Source: a virus
IMG/VR virus record: IMGVR_UViG_3300033549_000069
Location: 24,828 to 88,827 of that record
DNA length: 64,000 nt
Reading direction: 5' to 3' (one strand)
Shown here: in pieces, positions 48,388 to 55,782 of the stretch
How positions within the stretch are numbered: the first letter of the stretch is position 1
Layout of the letters: every line of letters begins with the position of its first letter
The notes under the pieces: model-generated
Seen by the model: the letters and a program-made list of their open reading frames with translations, nothing else
Databases searched by the model: none
Told to the model about the DNA's origin: nothing
Position numbers and translations under genes: made by a program

Positions 48388-48723
48388 CTACTCAACGCCG
48401 ATGTCGCCCCGTGCTGCGCTCTTCATTTCCCTGCCTGCCTTGGCCAACACGCCACCGGAAACCTCCACGCCGGCGACGTCCAGGGCCTTCGCAATCAGAG
48501 CCCGCAAGGGCTCCAACATCAACCCATGGAACATCTCCAACTGGTCCGTGTCGAAGATGCGCCCCGTCAGCGGGTCCAGCTTCGGGCTGTTCAACATGGC
48601 CTTCGCCATGCGGTCTATCAGCCCCGCGTTCACTGCCTCGCCCATCGGTTCGCCGCCGCTCGACAGCTCAACCTCGCGCATGATCTTCCGCATGGTGTTC
48701 ATCTTGGAAATTTTCGCGTTCAT
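48388..48723 (-). CDS. leader-family-like protein
   Basis: MNAKISKMNTMRKIMREVE. Confidence 0.7.
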   Translation of the reverse strand: MNAKISKMNTMRKIMREVELSSGGEPMGEAVNAGLIDRMAKAMLNSPKLDPLTGRIFDTDQLEMFHGLMLEPLRALIAKALDVAGVEVSGGVLAKAGREMKSAARGDIGVE

Positions 48724-48732
48724 CAGATTCTC

Positions 48733-48888
48733 CTATGGCCCGCCTGTGGCTGGGACCGCCGGCAACGGCGCATTGGTGCTCATGGATATCGGCAACGGCA
48801 CAATACCCGACGTGCGAGACCGCCGCAAATCAACCGAAGATTTTCGACCCTTCCTCGTGCTCTGGATCTTCTTTACCTCGACAATCAT
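48733..48888 (-). CDS. 51-aa basic hypothetical protein (not in ORF track)
   Basis: MIVEVKKIQSTRKGRKSSVDLRRSRTSG...; ATGA overlap with the upstream stop. Confidence 0.55.
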   Translation of the reverse strand: MIVEVKKIQSTRKGRKSSVDLRRSRTSGIVPLPISMSTNAPLPAVPATGGP

Positions 48889-49220
48889 CGCGTCTCCCGT
48901 GGCCGCAGCTCCAACACGGCCCCCCGCTCGGTGCGGGTCACCTCGGCATTCCCAATATCTTCCGCCATGCCAAACCGCTTGGCAAGCTGCTGCGCCACAG
49001 ACATCGCATGCCGCCCCTCGATCCGCATAACCAACGAAATCCCACGCGGCCTCTCCACCGCCTCAAACCGATAGCGCGTCACAAGCCGACCTCGTACCGC
49101 ACGCTCCCCCTGAGTCCGCAACGACCGCATTATCCGCTCGTCAGCCTCAGACAGCACAACCCTTCGGGGAGCCGGAGGCAAATCGTCGAGCAAAGCACGC
49201 AATCGGTCGCTTGAATTCAT
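48885..49220 (-). CDS. hypothetical protein
   Basis: 111-aa ORF in operon. Confidence 0.65.
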   Translation of the reverse strand: MNSSDRLRALLDDLPPAPRRVVLSEADERIMRSLRTQGERAVRGRLVTRYRFEAVERPRGISLVMRIEGRHAMSVAQQLAKRFGMAEDIGNAEVTRTERGAVLELRPRETR

Positions 49221-49235
49221 CCTCCACGCATCCCT

Positions 49236-49580
49236 TCAGAGATCGTATGTGGCCACCAACGATGGCTTCCCGTAACGCTCCTTCAACTCCCAGGCGCTCT
49301 TCGTGTGCTGCTTCAACCAGGTCATGGCCTGCCGCAACGTCTCATCCTTCTCGCGCTCCCCAGGCGCGTCCAGATTCACATAGATCTCCACCGTATCAAG
49401 CGCGGTTCTCGACACTCCAACACCGCCCAAGAAGCGCACCTTCCCGCCGATCTCCCGGTTCAAGGCCCGCCCCAACTGGCTCGCCCACTCCTCCATCTCA
49501 CCCCATGACTTCCGAAAATCCGCAACCACTGGCTCCCCGGCATTGGCCCTCGCCTCAAACAGCTTCAGCATGGTTTCCAT
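49236..49580 (-). CDS. leader-family protein, paralog of 51270..51674
   Basis: METMLKLFEA leader; C-terminal LVATYDL. Confidence 0.7.
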   Translation of the reverse strand: METMLKLFEARANAGEPVVADFRKSWGEMEEWASQLGRALNREIGGKVRFLGGVGVSRTALDTVEIYVNLDAPGEREKDETLRQAMTWLKQHTKSAWELKERYGKPSLVATYDL

Positions 49581-49591
49581 GTGCGACCCTT

Positions 49592-50260
49592 TCATACGAT
49601 CAACTGCTCTAGTAGGTAGCGGCCGTCTGCATGGCTGGCGAAATCAGAATGCGCCACAACGCCCGGTCCCGGCTTCGCGTACCACCCCAATGGAGGAGCC
49701 TTCCAGCCAGAGATCTTGGGTGTCTTCGCGTTAAAGTTCTTCGTCGGAAACACATATGGAATCTTCATCAATTCGCACAGCCAAGGAACCAGCGCTTGAA
49801 TGCACGCCACCTGGATTCCAAGCGGTGCCTGGTAGGTCCGCGCATGACCAGGCGGAACCCACGTCCACCAATTCGCCGGCAACACAGGACCGCACGGCTT
49901 CCTTGCGAATTCCGGTCTGTAGGCGTTCACAACCTCGATCCCAACAGAGGTGGAGTTGAGCTGGTTTCCGTGAAAACAAATGTCCAACGCCAAGTCCGCG
50001 TGACACGACAGCAGACCGTCCTTGCCCAAGATCAGATGCACGCCGAGCTTCTTCTCACGCAACGTGTCCTTGCACCCCGTCGCGCTGTTCCCAGCCGTCT
50101 CGTGAAGCACAAGATGCGAAACCTTCGCCGTGCGCGGCTTGTTGCGCAAGCAGGGCTCCTCATCGTCGATGTAGTTGGTGCCACGCACGCCCAGGTCCAA
50201 CACCGCTTTGGGCAGCGACACCTTCTCACCATTCACGATCAAGCTGTTCGAGGGCTGCAT
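49592..50260 (-). CDS. N-acetylmuramoyl-L-alanine amidase (type 2), probable endolysin
   Basis: LVLHETA...GVHL.LG.DG...H......FHG...NS.SVGIE...VVAHSD Zn-amidase motifs; start MQPSNS with GGAGG. Confidence 0.85.
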   Translation of the reverse strand: MQPSNSLIVNGEKVSLPKAVLDLGVRGTNYIDDEEPCLRNKPRTAKVSHLVLHETAGNSATGCKDTLREKKLGVHLILGKDGLLSCHADLALDICFHGNQLNSTSVGIEVVNAYRPEFARKPCGPVLPANWWTWVPPGHARTYQAPLGIQVACIQALVPWLCELMKIPYVFPTKNFNAKTPKISGWKAPPLGWYAKPGPGVVAHSDFASHADGRYLLEQLIV

Positions 50261-50302
50261 GGGGCCTCCTGTCTGCCTACCGTCGTTCACCGCCATCCAT
50301 CA

Positions 50303-50332
50303 TCACCGTCCGTGCGCCGCCGCCGCGTTTTT
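50303..50332 (-). repeat. cassette repeat R4 (KNAAAAHGR*)
   Basis: Degenerate copy of the 3' end of 51684..52298. Confidence 0.7.
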
Positions 50333-50359
50333 ATCCAATTTCATGACATATTCAAAAGT

Positions 50360-50695
50360 TCACTTCTTTGCTCTTTTTCTTGATCCCTTCTTTGCATCAT
50401 TTATAAGAGTCTGCAAAACCATTATAGACAAATATGTTGCAATCTGCTCATCAACATCGGAATCACTCAACCCGTGCTGTTCTGCCTTTTCCTTCACTTG
50501 ATCTATAAGTCGAGCAGCTTCTTTCTCCCATGTGCCTCTTTCGTCGCGCAGTAACCAATCTTTTCCTTCAATGCTTTGCATCTGTTCCGCTGCCATCTTC
50601 ACAATTCTTCTTGGTCGGCCATGATCTCCTCCGAGAGATTGGGCCTCCATTATCTTCTGCATTCCCTCAATCAGACTCTTCATGCTCCGTGCCAT
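50360..50695 (-). CDS. AT-rich leader-family protein
   Basis: MARSMKSLIEGMQKIMEA; flanked by R3 and R4. Confidence 0.75.
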   Translation of the reverse strand: MARSMKSLIEGMQKIMEAQSLGGDHGRPRRIVKMAAEQMQSIEGKDWLLRDERGTWEKEAARLIDQVKEKAEQHGLSDSDVDEQIATYLSIMVLQTLINDAKKGSRKRAKK

Positions 50696-50707
50696 CGCTT
50701 ACCTCTT

Positions 50708-50737
50708 TTACTTGTGCGCAGCCGAAGCCGCGTTCTT
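50708..50737 (-). repeat. cassette repeat R3 (KNAASAAHK*)
   Basis: 23/24 identity to R1 over 50714-50737. Confidence 0.85.
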
Positions 50738-51188
50738 AAATTTCCTTACCCTGAAAACGGAACTTCTGCTCCCATGCTACTTTCCCTGAAGCATCCATAA
50801 TTCTATTGATTCCGAGCTTTTTCAGCTTCTCCATATCTCCGATGTACCATTTCCCATCAAAGACACTCATGCCGTAAAATGCCTGTTTCTCTTTTGCGAA
50901 TTCCTTCGCCATTTCTTCATTGCCAACCTTGACCATGGACTCCATCTGGAGTCTCTCAAACAACTGGCGCATCCCATTCGATGCCAGTTGTTCGGACTGC
51001 TCAACTGGGCTCACTTCCACATGCCAACCAATGGTGGCGCCATGCACGCCCCACTTTTTCATCGCTTTCCCGATGGCGTGCTTCTTCGCATCTTTCCCAG
51101 GATTCGTCTTCACGACACCCAAAAGCTTCTTAACCCCTTCATCCGGGATCACCTGATACGCATTCCAGGACTGTAGCTCTATTCCCAT
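50736..51188 (-). CDS. AT-rich protein with an internal leader-like motif
   Basis: Internal MRQLFERLQMES at about residue 73; flanked by R2 and R3. Confidence 0.75.
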   Translation of the reverse strand: MGIELQSWNAYQVIPDEGVKKLLGVVKTNPGKDAKKHAIGKAMKKWGVHGATIGWHVEVSPVEQSEQLASNGMRQLFERLQMESMVKVGNEEMAKEFAKEKQAFYGMSVFDGKWYIGDMEKLKKLGINRIMDASGKVAWEQKFRFQGKEI

Positions 51189-51208
51189 GACGCTCTCCTT
51201 TTCATCTA

Positions 51209-51256
51209 CCGTGAGCAGCCGAAGCCGCGTTCTTGCCCGCCGTTGTCAGACTCAAC
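51209..51256 (-). repeat. cassette repeat R2 (LSLTTAGKNAASAAHGR*)
   Basis: 45/48 identity to R1 (51694-51741). Confidence 0.9.
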
Positions 51257-51269
51257 AGCATCTAAAGCT

Positions 51270-51674
51270 TCAGAAATCATAGGTGGCAACAAGCGCAAAC
51301 TTTCGGTTCCGCTTTGCCTTCACCCATGTGCTATTCGTTAAATTCTGTAACCTGACCAACGCCATATCAAATACATCTTCTTCATCCAGCGTGCCAAGCA
51401 TATGAAAACTCAATACCACCTCCACAGCATCACCCACTCCCTTGGCTACACCAATACTTCCCACGATCTTGACGCCATCTCCAATACTCTTAGTCAACCG
51501 CTTCCCGATGTCATCCGCCCACACGGACAACCCACTCCAAGCGTTCCGTATCGACGTTGCATACGGTTCATTCGGATTCGTCATAGACTCTCCCAATAAT
51601 CTAATCGTTCCAATGCCTGCAACGTCATCGGATGCTGCCTTCAACTGCTCAGCCAGCTTGCGCATCGTGGACAT
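51270..51674 (-). CDS. AT-rich leader-family protein, paralog of 49236..49580
   Basis: MSTMRKLAE...LLGES; flanked by R1 and R2. Confidence 0.75.
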   Translation of the reverse strand: MSTMRKLAEQLKAASDDVAGIGTIRLLGESMTNPNEPYATSIRNAWSGLSVWADDIGKRLTKSIGDGVKIVGSIGVAKGVGDAVEVVLSFHMLGTLDEEDVFDMALVRLQNLTNSTWVKAKRNRKFALVATYDF

Positions 51675-51683
51675 TCGTCTCTC

Positions 51684-52298
51684 CTAACGTCGTCCGTGAG
51701 CAGCCGAAGCCGCGTTCTTGCCCGCCGTCGTCAAGCTCAACGCCCCTGCCTTGTTCCGTGCAATCCATCCACGCTCGACCAGCGCGTCCACCTCGCCCGG
51801 CTGCACCTTCATGTCCGCGAACAGCTCCTTGCGATAGCTCGACGTCATCGCCATGCTCCGCAGGATGCCCGCCTCACGATCCGTCATCTCCACGGCCCCC
51901 GGCAGCAACGGCACCACGCTGTCGGGATGCACGTAGATCGTCGCGTAGGTGCCCCGCCCGCCACTCGACCCCACGATGGCCACGCCGTCCCGAGGCAGCG
52001 GATGCTCGCCACGATCCTGGTCGATAGAGGGCTTCCCCACCGGGCTGTACCCGCCCCAGTCGCCCTGCACCGTCTTGGTCGCGCCCGTGGCCAGGTTCAC
52101 CAGCACCGCGAAGCCCCGCTCCCCGTCCCCCGCGTAGGGGTTCAGGCTGACCAGCGCCTGCGGCACCACCGCGATGTCCCGGCTCCGGTAGCCCACGTCC
52201 TTCAACGCCTTGCGCAGCACGTCCGGCAGCTCCTTCACGAGCACCTCCGTGCCACGGGCCTCCATGATCCGCTCCACTCGCTCGATCAAGTGCCTCAT
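51684..52298 (-). CDS. leader-family protein whose 3' end is repeat R1
   Basis: MRHLIERVERIMEA; ends ALSLTTAGKNAASAAHGRR. Confidence 0.8.
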   Translation of the reverse strand: MRHLIERVERIMEARGTEVLVKELPDVLRKALKDVGYRSRDIAVVPQALVSLNPYAGDGERGFAVLVNLATGATKTVQGDWGGYSPVGKPSIDQDRGEHPLPRDGVAIVGSSGGRGTYATIYVHPDSVVPLLPGAVEMTDREAGILRSMAMTSSYRKELFADMKVQPGEVDALVERGWIARNKAGALSLTTAGKNAASAAHGRR

Positions 52299-52711
52299 CC
52301 GATCCTCCCAATGGCTTTCTTCAAACGATCCACCTGCCCCCGTAGACGCTCATAACTCTCCACCACAGCAGATGGATCCGATGCCGTGGTTCCAGCCTTT
52401 CGCACCCTCATCCACGCCGACTCGAACGCCTTGTAAGCGGCATCCATGTCGGTAGCTATGTCCTCAATTTCGTGGGCAAGCTCGTCGTTCCCAACGTCCA
52501 GGAGACCGGAAAAGACTCGGTCGGCGATCCGCCGGGCATTGCGATAGACGTCCTCCGCCGTGTTCCTGTCCTCAAGCGCAATCTCGTTGGATCGAACACG
52601 CGGGATCGCACGAATTTCCATAGAAAACTCCGCTATCTGCCTGATGGCGACATTCGCACTGCGGGCCTCCATGATCCGTTCAAACCGCTCGATCAAGGTT
52701 CTCATCGTCAT
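52295..52711 (-). CDS. leader-family helical protein
   Basis: MTMRTLIERFERIMEA; leader DNA 37/44 identical to that of 51684..52298. Confidence 0.8.
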   Translation of the reverse strand: MTMRTLIERFERIMEARSANVAIRQIAEFSMEIRAIPRVRSNEIALEDRNTAEDVYRNARRIADRVFSGLLDVGNDELAHEIEDIATDMDAAYKAFESAWMRVRKAGTTASDPSAVVESYERLRGQVDRLKKAIGRIG

Positions 52712-52726
52712 GGCTCTCTCCTATCC

Positions 52727-53305
52727 CTACTTGCCATGCAGGTCATTGTAGCTCTTCCAGTTCAACTGCGGCGACTTCTCCGACATCGTGACCTTCATCG
52801 GCCCGAACTTGCCCGTCACCATCACGGACTTCTGCGAGACTTTGGTCACCGTCTGGTAGCTGCCCGAGAGCACCACCCACACGACATCGCCCACCTTCAC
52901 CTGGTCGGCCCGCGTAATGGCGTTCTCCCGGCCGCGCTCCTTGGCCTGCGCCGCTGCCGCATCCTTCTCCGCTGCCTGCTGCGCCAGGAAGATCGCCATG
53001 TCGGCGTCAGGATGCACGTCCGCGTCCTTGCGCTGGAACTTCCCCTCGGCAAACGCCTTCAACACCGCCTGCCGCCACTTATCCTTCGCCGCCGCCGACG
53101 CCTCCCACTCCCCCGCCCGCTTCTTGTCGTACTGCGCCTTGGCACTCTTGCTCATGTGCGCGTACTGCATCGGGCTGATCTCAGCGACCCAGGGCTCATG
53201 GACGTTCAAGGCCGCCTGATACGCCGACGCCCCCACCGTCCAGGGACGATCCAAGATCCACTCCCTCCCCTCGACCGCCTCGAACAGGGATCGCATGGTC
53301 GTCAT
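52727..53305 (-). CDS. leader-family protein with a C-terminal SH3/KOW-like barrel
   Basis: MTTMRSLFEA; ADQVKVGDVVWV......VTKVSQKSV. Confidence 0.75.
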   Translation of the reverse strand: MTTMRSLFEAVEGREWILDRPWTVGASAYQAALNVHEPWVAEISPMQYAHMSKSAKAQYDKKRAGEWEASAAAKDKWRQAVLKAFAEGKFQRKDADVHPDADMAIFLAQQAAEKDAAAAQAKERGRENAITRADQVKVGDVVWVVLSGSYQTVTKVSQKSVMVTGKFGPMKVTMSEKSPQLNWKSYNDLHGK

Positions 53306-54102
53306 CTGCCAAATGCCTCGGCGAAGAGATTCACGACATTCTGTGCCGTAACCATCCCTGCCCGCATCCGAACATCGCGTTCCACGCGCTGTAGGCCATC
53401 AGCCGCTTTCCAGCTCGCGTTGATCAGAACCTCGTGACCATCCCCTGTTCCCGTAACTAAACTCCCCTGCCACTCCAGATCGAAATCACTGCGATTCTGC
53501 CCCTTGTACTCCACCCAGACAGTGTTGCGCGAGCGCTCCACATTGACGGACTCGGCATGGCCACCCGCCAATTTCTTGATGCCCGCCGCCACCTCTTTAC
53601 AGAACATCTCCAAGGCATCGCCCTCGAAGTCGGCCCAGGTACGTCCCGATCCGCTGGCCTCGTCGATCCGTGCTTCGGACAGGCCCCTGTGGCCACAGAC
53701 CACTCGAACGTCCTCGTAAATAGATACCGCTTTTTTAGGAAATTCTATTTGGTAGTAAACATAGTTATCAACATCGTCATGTCGCCACACCCATATTTTA
53801 TTTTCACTTCCAATCGTCCTGACTAAAACAGCTTCGATGTCATCCTCAAGATCATACGCCTCTCCAGGATATTTTTTCCATGGAACACCAAAGACAAAAC
53901 GCACGTTCATTGGAGGAGAATGTATTCCAACCTTCCAGTCATGCAGCCCGCGTCCCATCTTTTTCAAAACAAACTTGTTCAACGCCGACTTGACATCATC
54001 TACACTAACGCCTTCGGACAGGCTCCTGTGGCCACGTCCCGCTGCCACGTCGCCCTCGACCAGCGCCCTCATGTCCTTCACCAATGTTCGCATCGTTGCC
54101 AT
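53302..54102 (-). CDS. leader-family two-domain polyprotein-like protein
   Basis: MATMRTLVKDMRALVEG; GHRSLSE...GHRGLSE direct repeats flank an AT-rich 113-codon module. Confidence 0.8.
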   Translation of the reverse strand: MATMRTLVKDMRALVEGDVAAGRGHRSLSEGVSVDDVKSALNKFVLKKMGRGLHDWKVGIHSPPMNVRFVFGVPWKKYPGEAYDLEDDIEAVLVRTIGSENKIWVWRHDDVDNYVYYQIEFPKKAVSIYEDVRVVCGHRGLSEARIDEASGSGRTWADFEGDALEMFCKEVAAGIKKLAGGHAESVNVERSRNTVWVEYKGQNRSDFDLEWQGSLVTGTGDGHEVLINASWKAADGLQRVERDVRMRAGMVTAQNVVNLFAEAFGR

Positions 54103-54112
54103 GGCTCACTCC

Positions 54113-54550
54113 TTATCGCGCTACGTCGCTCACGCTCCGGCGCACCTTGGGAAACATCATGTTCATCGACCGCAACGGGACCGATCCCGCTGCCGTCCAG
54201 CCCACCGCCGTCAGGATCATCTCTACCGCTGCGAGGTCCGCGTCCTCGGCCTCCACCACCACCCCCACGTCCGCCGTCTTCACGTACCAGAACCCAAAGC
54301 CCATCCGCGACCACCGCACATGCACGTCCGCCGCCTCCGCCGGATCGTTCGGCACGATGACCACCACGCGCACCTCCCCCACCGGGCGCTTGTTCGCCCC
54401 CAGGAGCGGCGCCCACAGGCGAGCCGTAGCACGAGCAGCCCCCTGGCTCGGGCGCGGCTGTGGGGCCTCACGGGCCGTCAGGCGACGCTCCAGCAGCATC
54501 GCCCGCACGCGATCCAGGATGCCCGCCGCGACCTGTGCCCGTTCATCCAT
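54113..54550 (-). CDS. hypothetical protein (leader-like RAMLLE)
   Basis: 145-aa ORF with AGG RBS in operon. Confidence 0.65.
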   Translation of the reverse strand: MDERAQVAAGILDRVRAMLLERRLTAREAPQPRPSQGAARATARLWAPLLGANKRPVGEVRVVVIVPNDPAEAADVHVRWSRMGFGFWYVKTADVGVVVEAEDADLAAVEMILTAVGWTAAGSVPLRSMNMMFPKVRRSVSDVAR

Positions 54551-54558
54551 CAGTGACC

Positions 54559-55152
54559 CTACCTCCGCTGGGCCATCCAGGCCCGCGACGTCGTGAGCAA
54601 CTGGTCAGCCGCCTTCTGCAAGCTGTGCAAAGCCGCATCCCGCTGTTTCCAGTTCTTCTTCTTCTCCTGGTCCTGTGCCAGCTCGAAATCATCGACAACA
54701 GCGATCACCCACCGGCCAATGTCCGACATCGTCCCGCTGGTGGAGGCTTCCTGGTCCTTGGCATACGCCTCGACGTGCTTCCGCACCCAGGCGTTTTTGC
54801 CAAACACGGACGCCACGACGCGCTTCACGTCCGCCATCTTGGGATTGAACACCCGGCCATACGCAGCCGTATCCGGGGTCGGCAACGTGTCCTTCAATTC
54901 CGCCGCCACCAGATCGCCAAAGTTCATCCCGCTCTTCGAGTCCAGGTAGTTACGGATCGCCGCCGACGATACGTCTGGCATCTCGGACATGATCAGGCGA
55001 AATGTCTCCGCCCAGATCGCGTCCGCGTTTTCAAACCGGAACTCGATCCGTCCGAAGTACCCGTAGTCCCGCTGCTCGGTCGGCAAGATCTGGCCCTGCC
55101 GCTTCATGGTCGCCTCGGTCAACAGGCCGGATAGTCGTCGCATCGTCGTCAT
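54559..55152 (-). CDS. leader-family protein
   Basis: MTTMRRLSGLLTEA. Confidence 0.8.
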   Translation of the reverse strand: MTTMRRLSGLLTEATMKRQGQILPTEQRDYGYFGRIEFRFENADAIWAETFRLIMSEMPDVSSAAIRNYLDSKSGMNFGDLVAAELKDTLPTPDTAAYGRVFNPKMADVKRVVASVFGKNAWVRKHVEAYAKDQEASTSGTMSDIGRWVIAVVDDFELAQDQEKKKNWKQRDAALHSLQKAADQLLTTSRAWMAQRR

Positions 55153-55187
55153 GGCATCCTCCAGGCGAACCCAGGTTCGCGTCTATG
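55140..55187 (-). repeat. cassette repeat P1, containing palindrome copy 10 (55163-55182), RBS and ATGACGACGATG
   Basis: 44/48 identity to 55735-55782. Confidence 0.9.
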
Positions 55188-55291
55188 TTCCTTACTGGTC
55201 AGAAGCGATCCTAGTCATGCTTATATCCTTTGAGGAATTGATATTCCATGTCATGGCTTTCCTCCAAGTGATTACAGATCGTTTCAACAAA

Positions 55292-55747
55292 TCACCTGAC
55301 TGAAAAATCAGATAATTTCATCGCAAACAAATCACTATCTTCAGTACGGTCCAAGACTCCTTTCACCTCATCAACCACGCGTCCAATGATCACTTTCCCA
55401 CGCGCATTCCGCTTTTCATGTTTCTTGCCCTGTTCAGAATAAGTCTTCCCGGTGTCATCAAGTAACTGCGCAAGCAATTCGATCCTGTCATCATTAATCG
55501 TAAAACTGATTTCTGCCCACCGCCCATCGACAATATCCGTCGAGAACTGCACATCCCACTGGTTTGATGATGCGTCATATCCAGCAAGGTTGAGTGTCTT
55601 GGAGAAGTCCAATGCCACACTGGGTAATTTCCACTTCCGCGCCAGATCCGTTGCCAATCGCAGCAGAACACCACTGACAAGAGATTTTTTAGTATTTCCT
55701 TTGCCCAGCAAAACCAACCCCTCGATCAGTGTCCGCATCGTTGTCAT
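55292..55747 (-). CDS. AT-rich leader-family protein
   Basis: MTTMRTLIEG; flanked by P1 and P2. Confidence 0.75.
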   Translation of the reverse strand: MTTMRTLIEGLVLLGKGNTKKSLVSGVLLRLATDLARKWKLPSVALDFSKTLNLAGYDASSNQWDVQFSTDIVDGRWAEISFTINDDRIELLAQLLDDTGKTYSEQGKKHEKRNARGKVIIGRVVDEVKGVLDRTEDSDLFAMKLSDFSVR

Positions 55748-55782
55748 GTCATCCTCCGGGCGAACTCAGGTTCGCGTCTATG
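55735..55782 (-). repeat. cassette repeat P2, containing palindrome copy 11 (55758-55777)
   Basis: 44/48 identity to 55140-55187. Confidence 0.9.

Noticed and set aside
46188-50297. 18-bp near match GATGGCGGT(C/G)AACGA(T/C)GG at 46188 (+) and 50297 (-), giving two ORF-track starts MAVNDGR
   Set aside because: 16/18 matches are expected many times by chance in 64 kb; both genes have better downstream starts
3471-55777. CRISPR array from the palindromic repeat
   Set aside because: Copies are kilobases apart, with no 30-40 bp spacers and no cas genes
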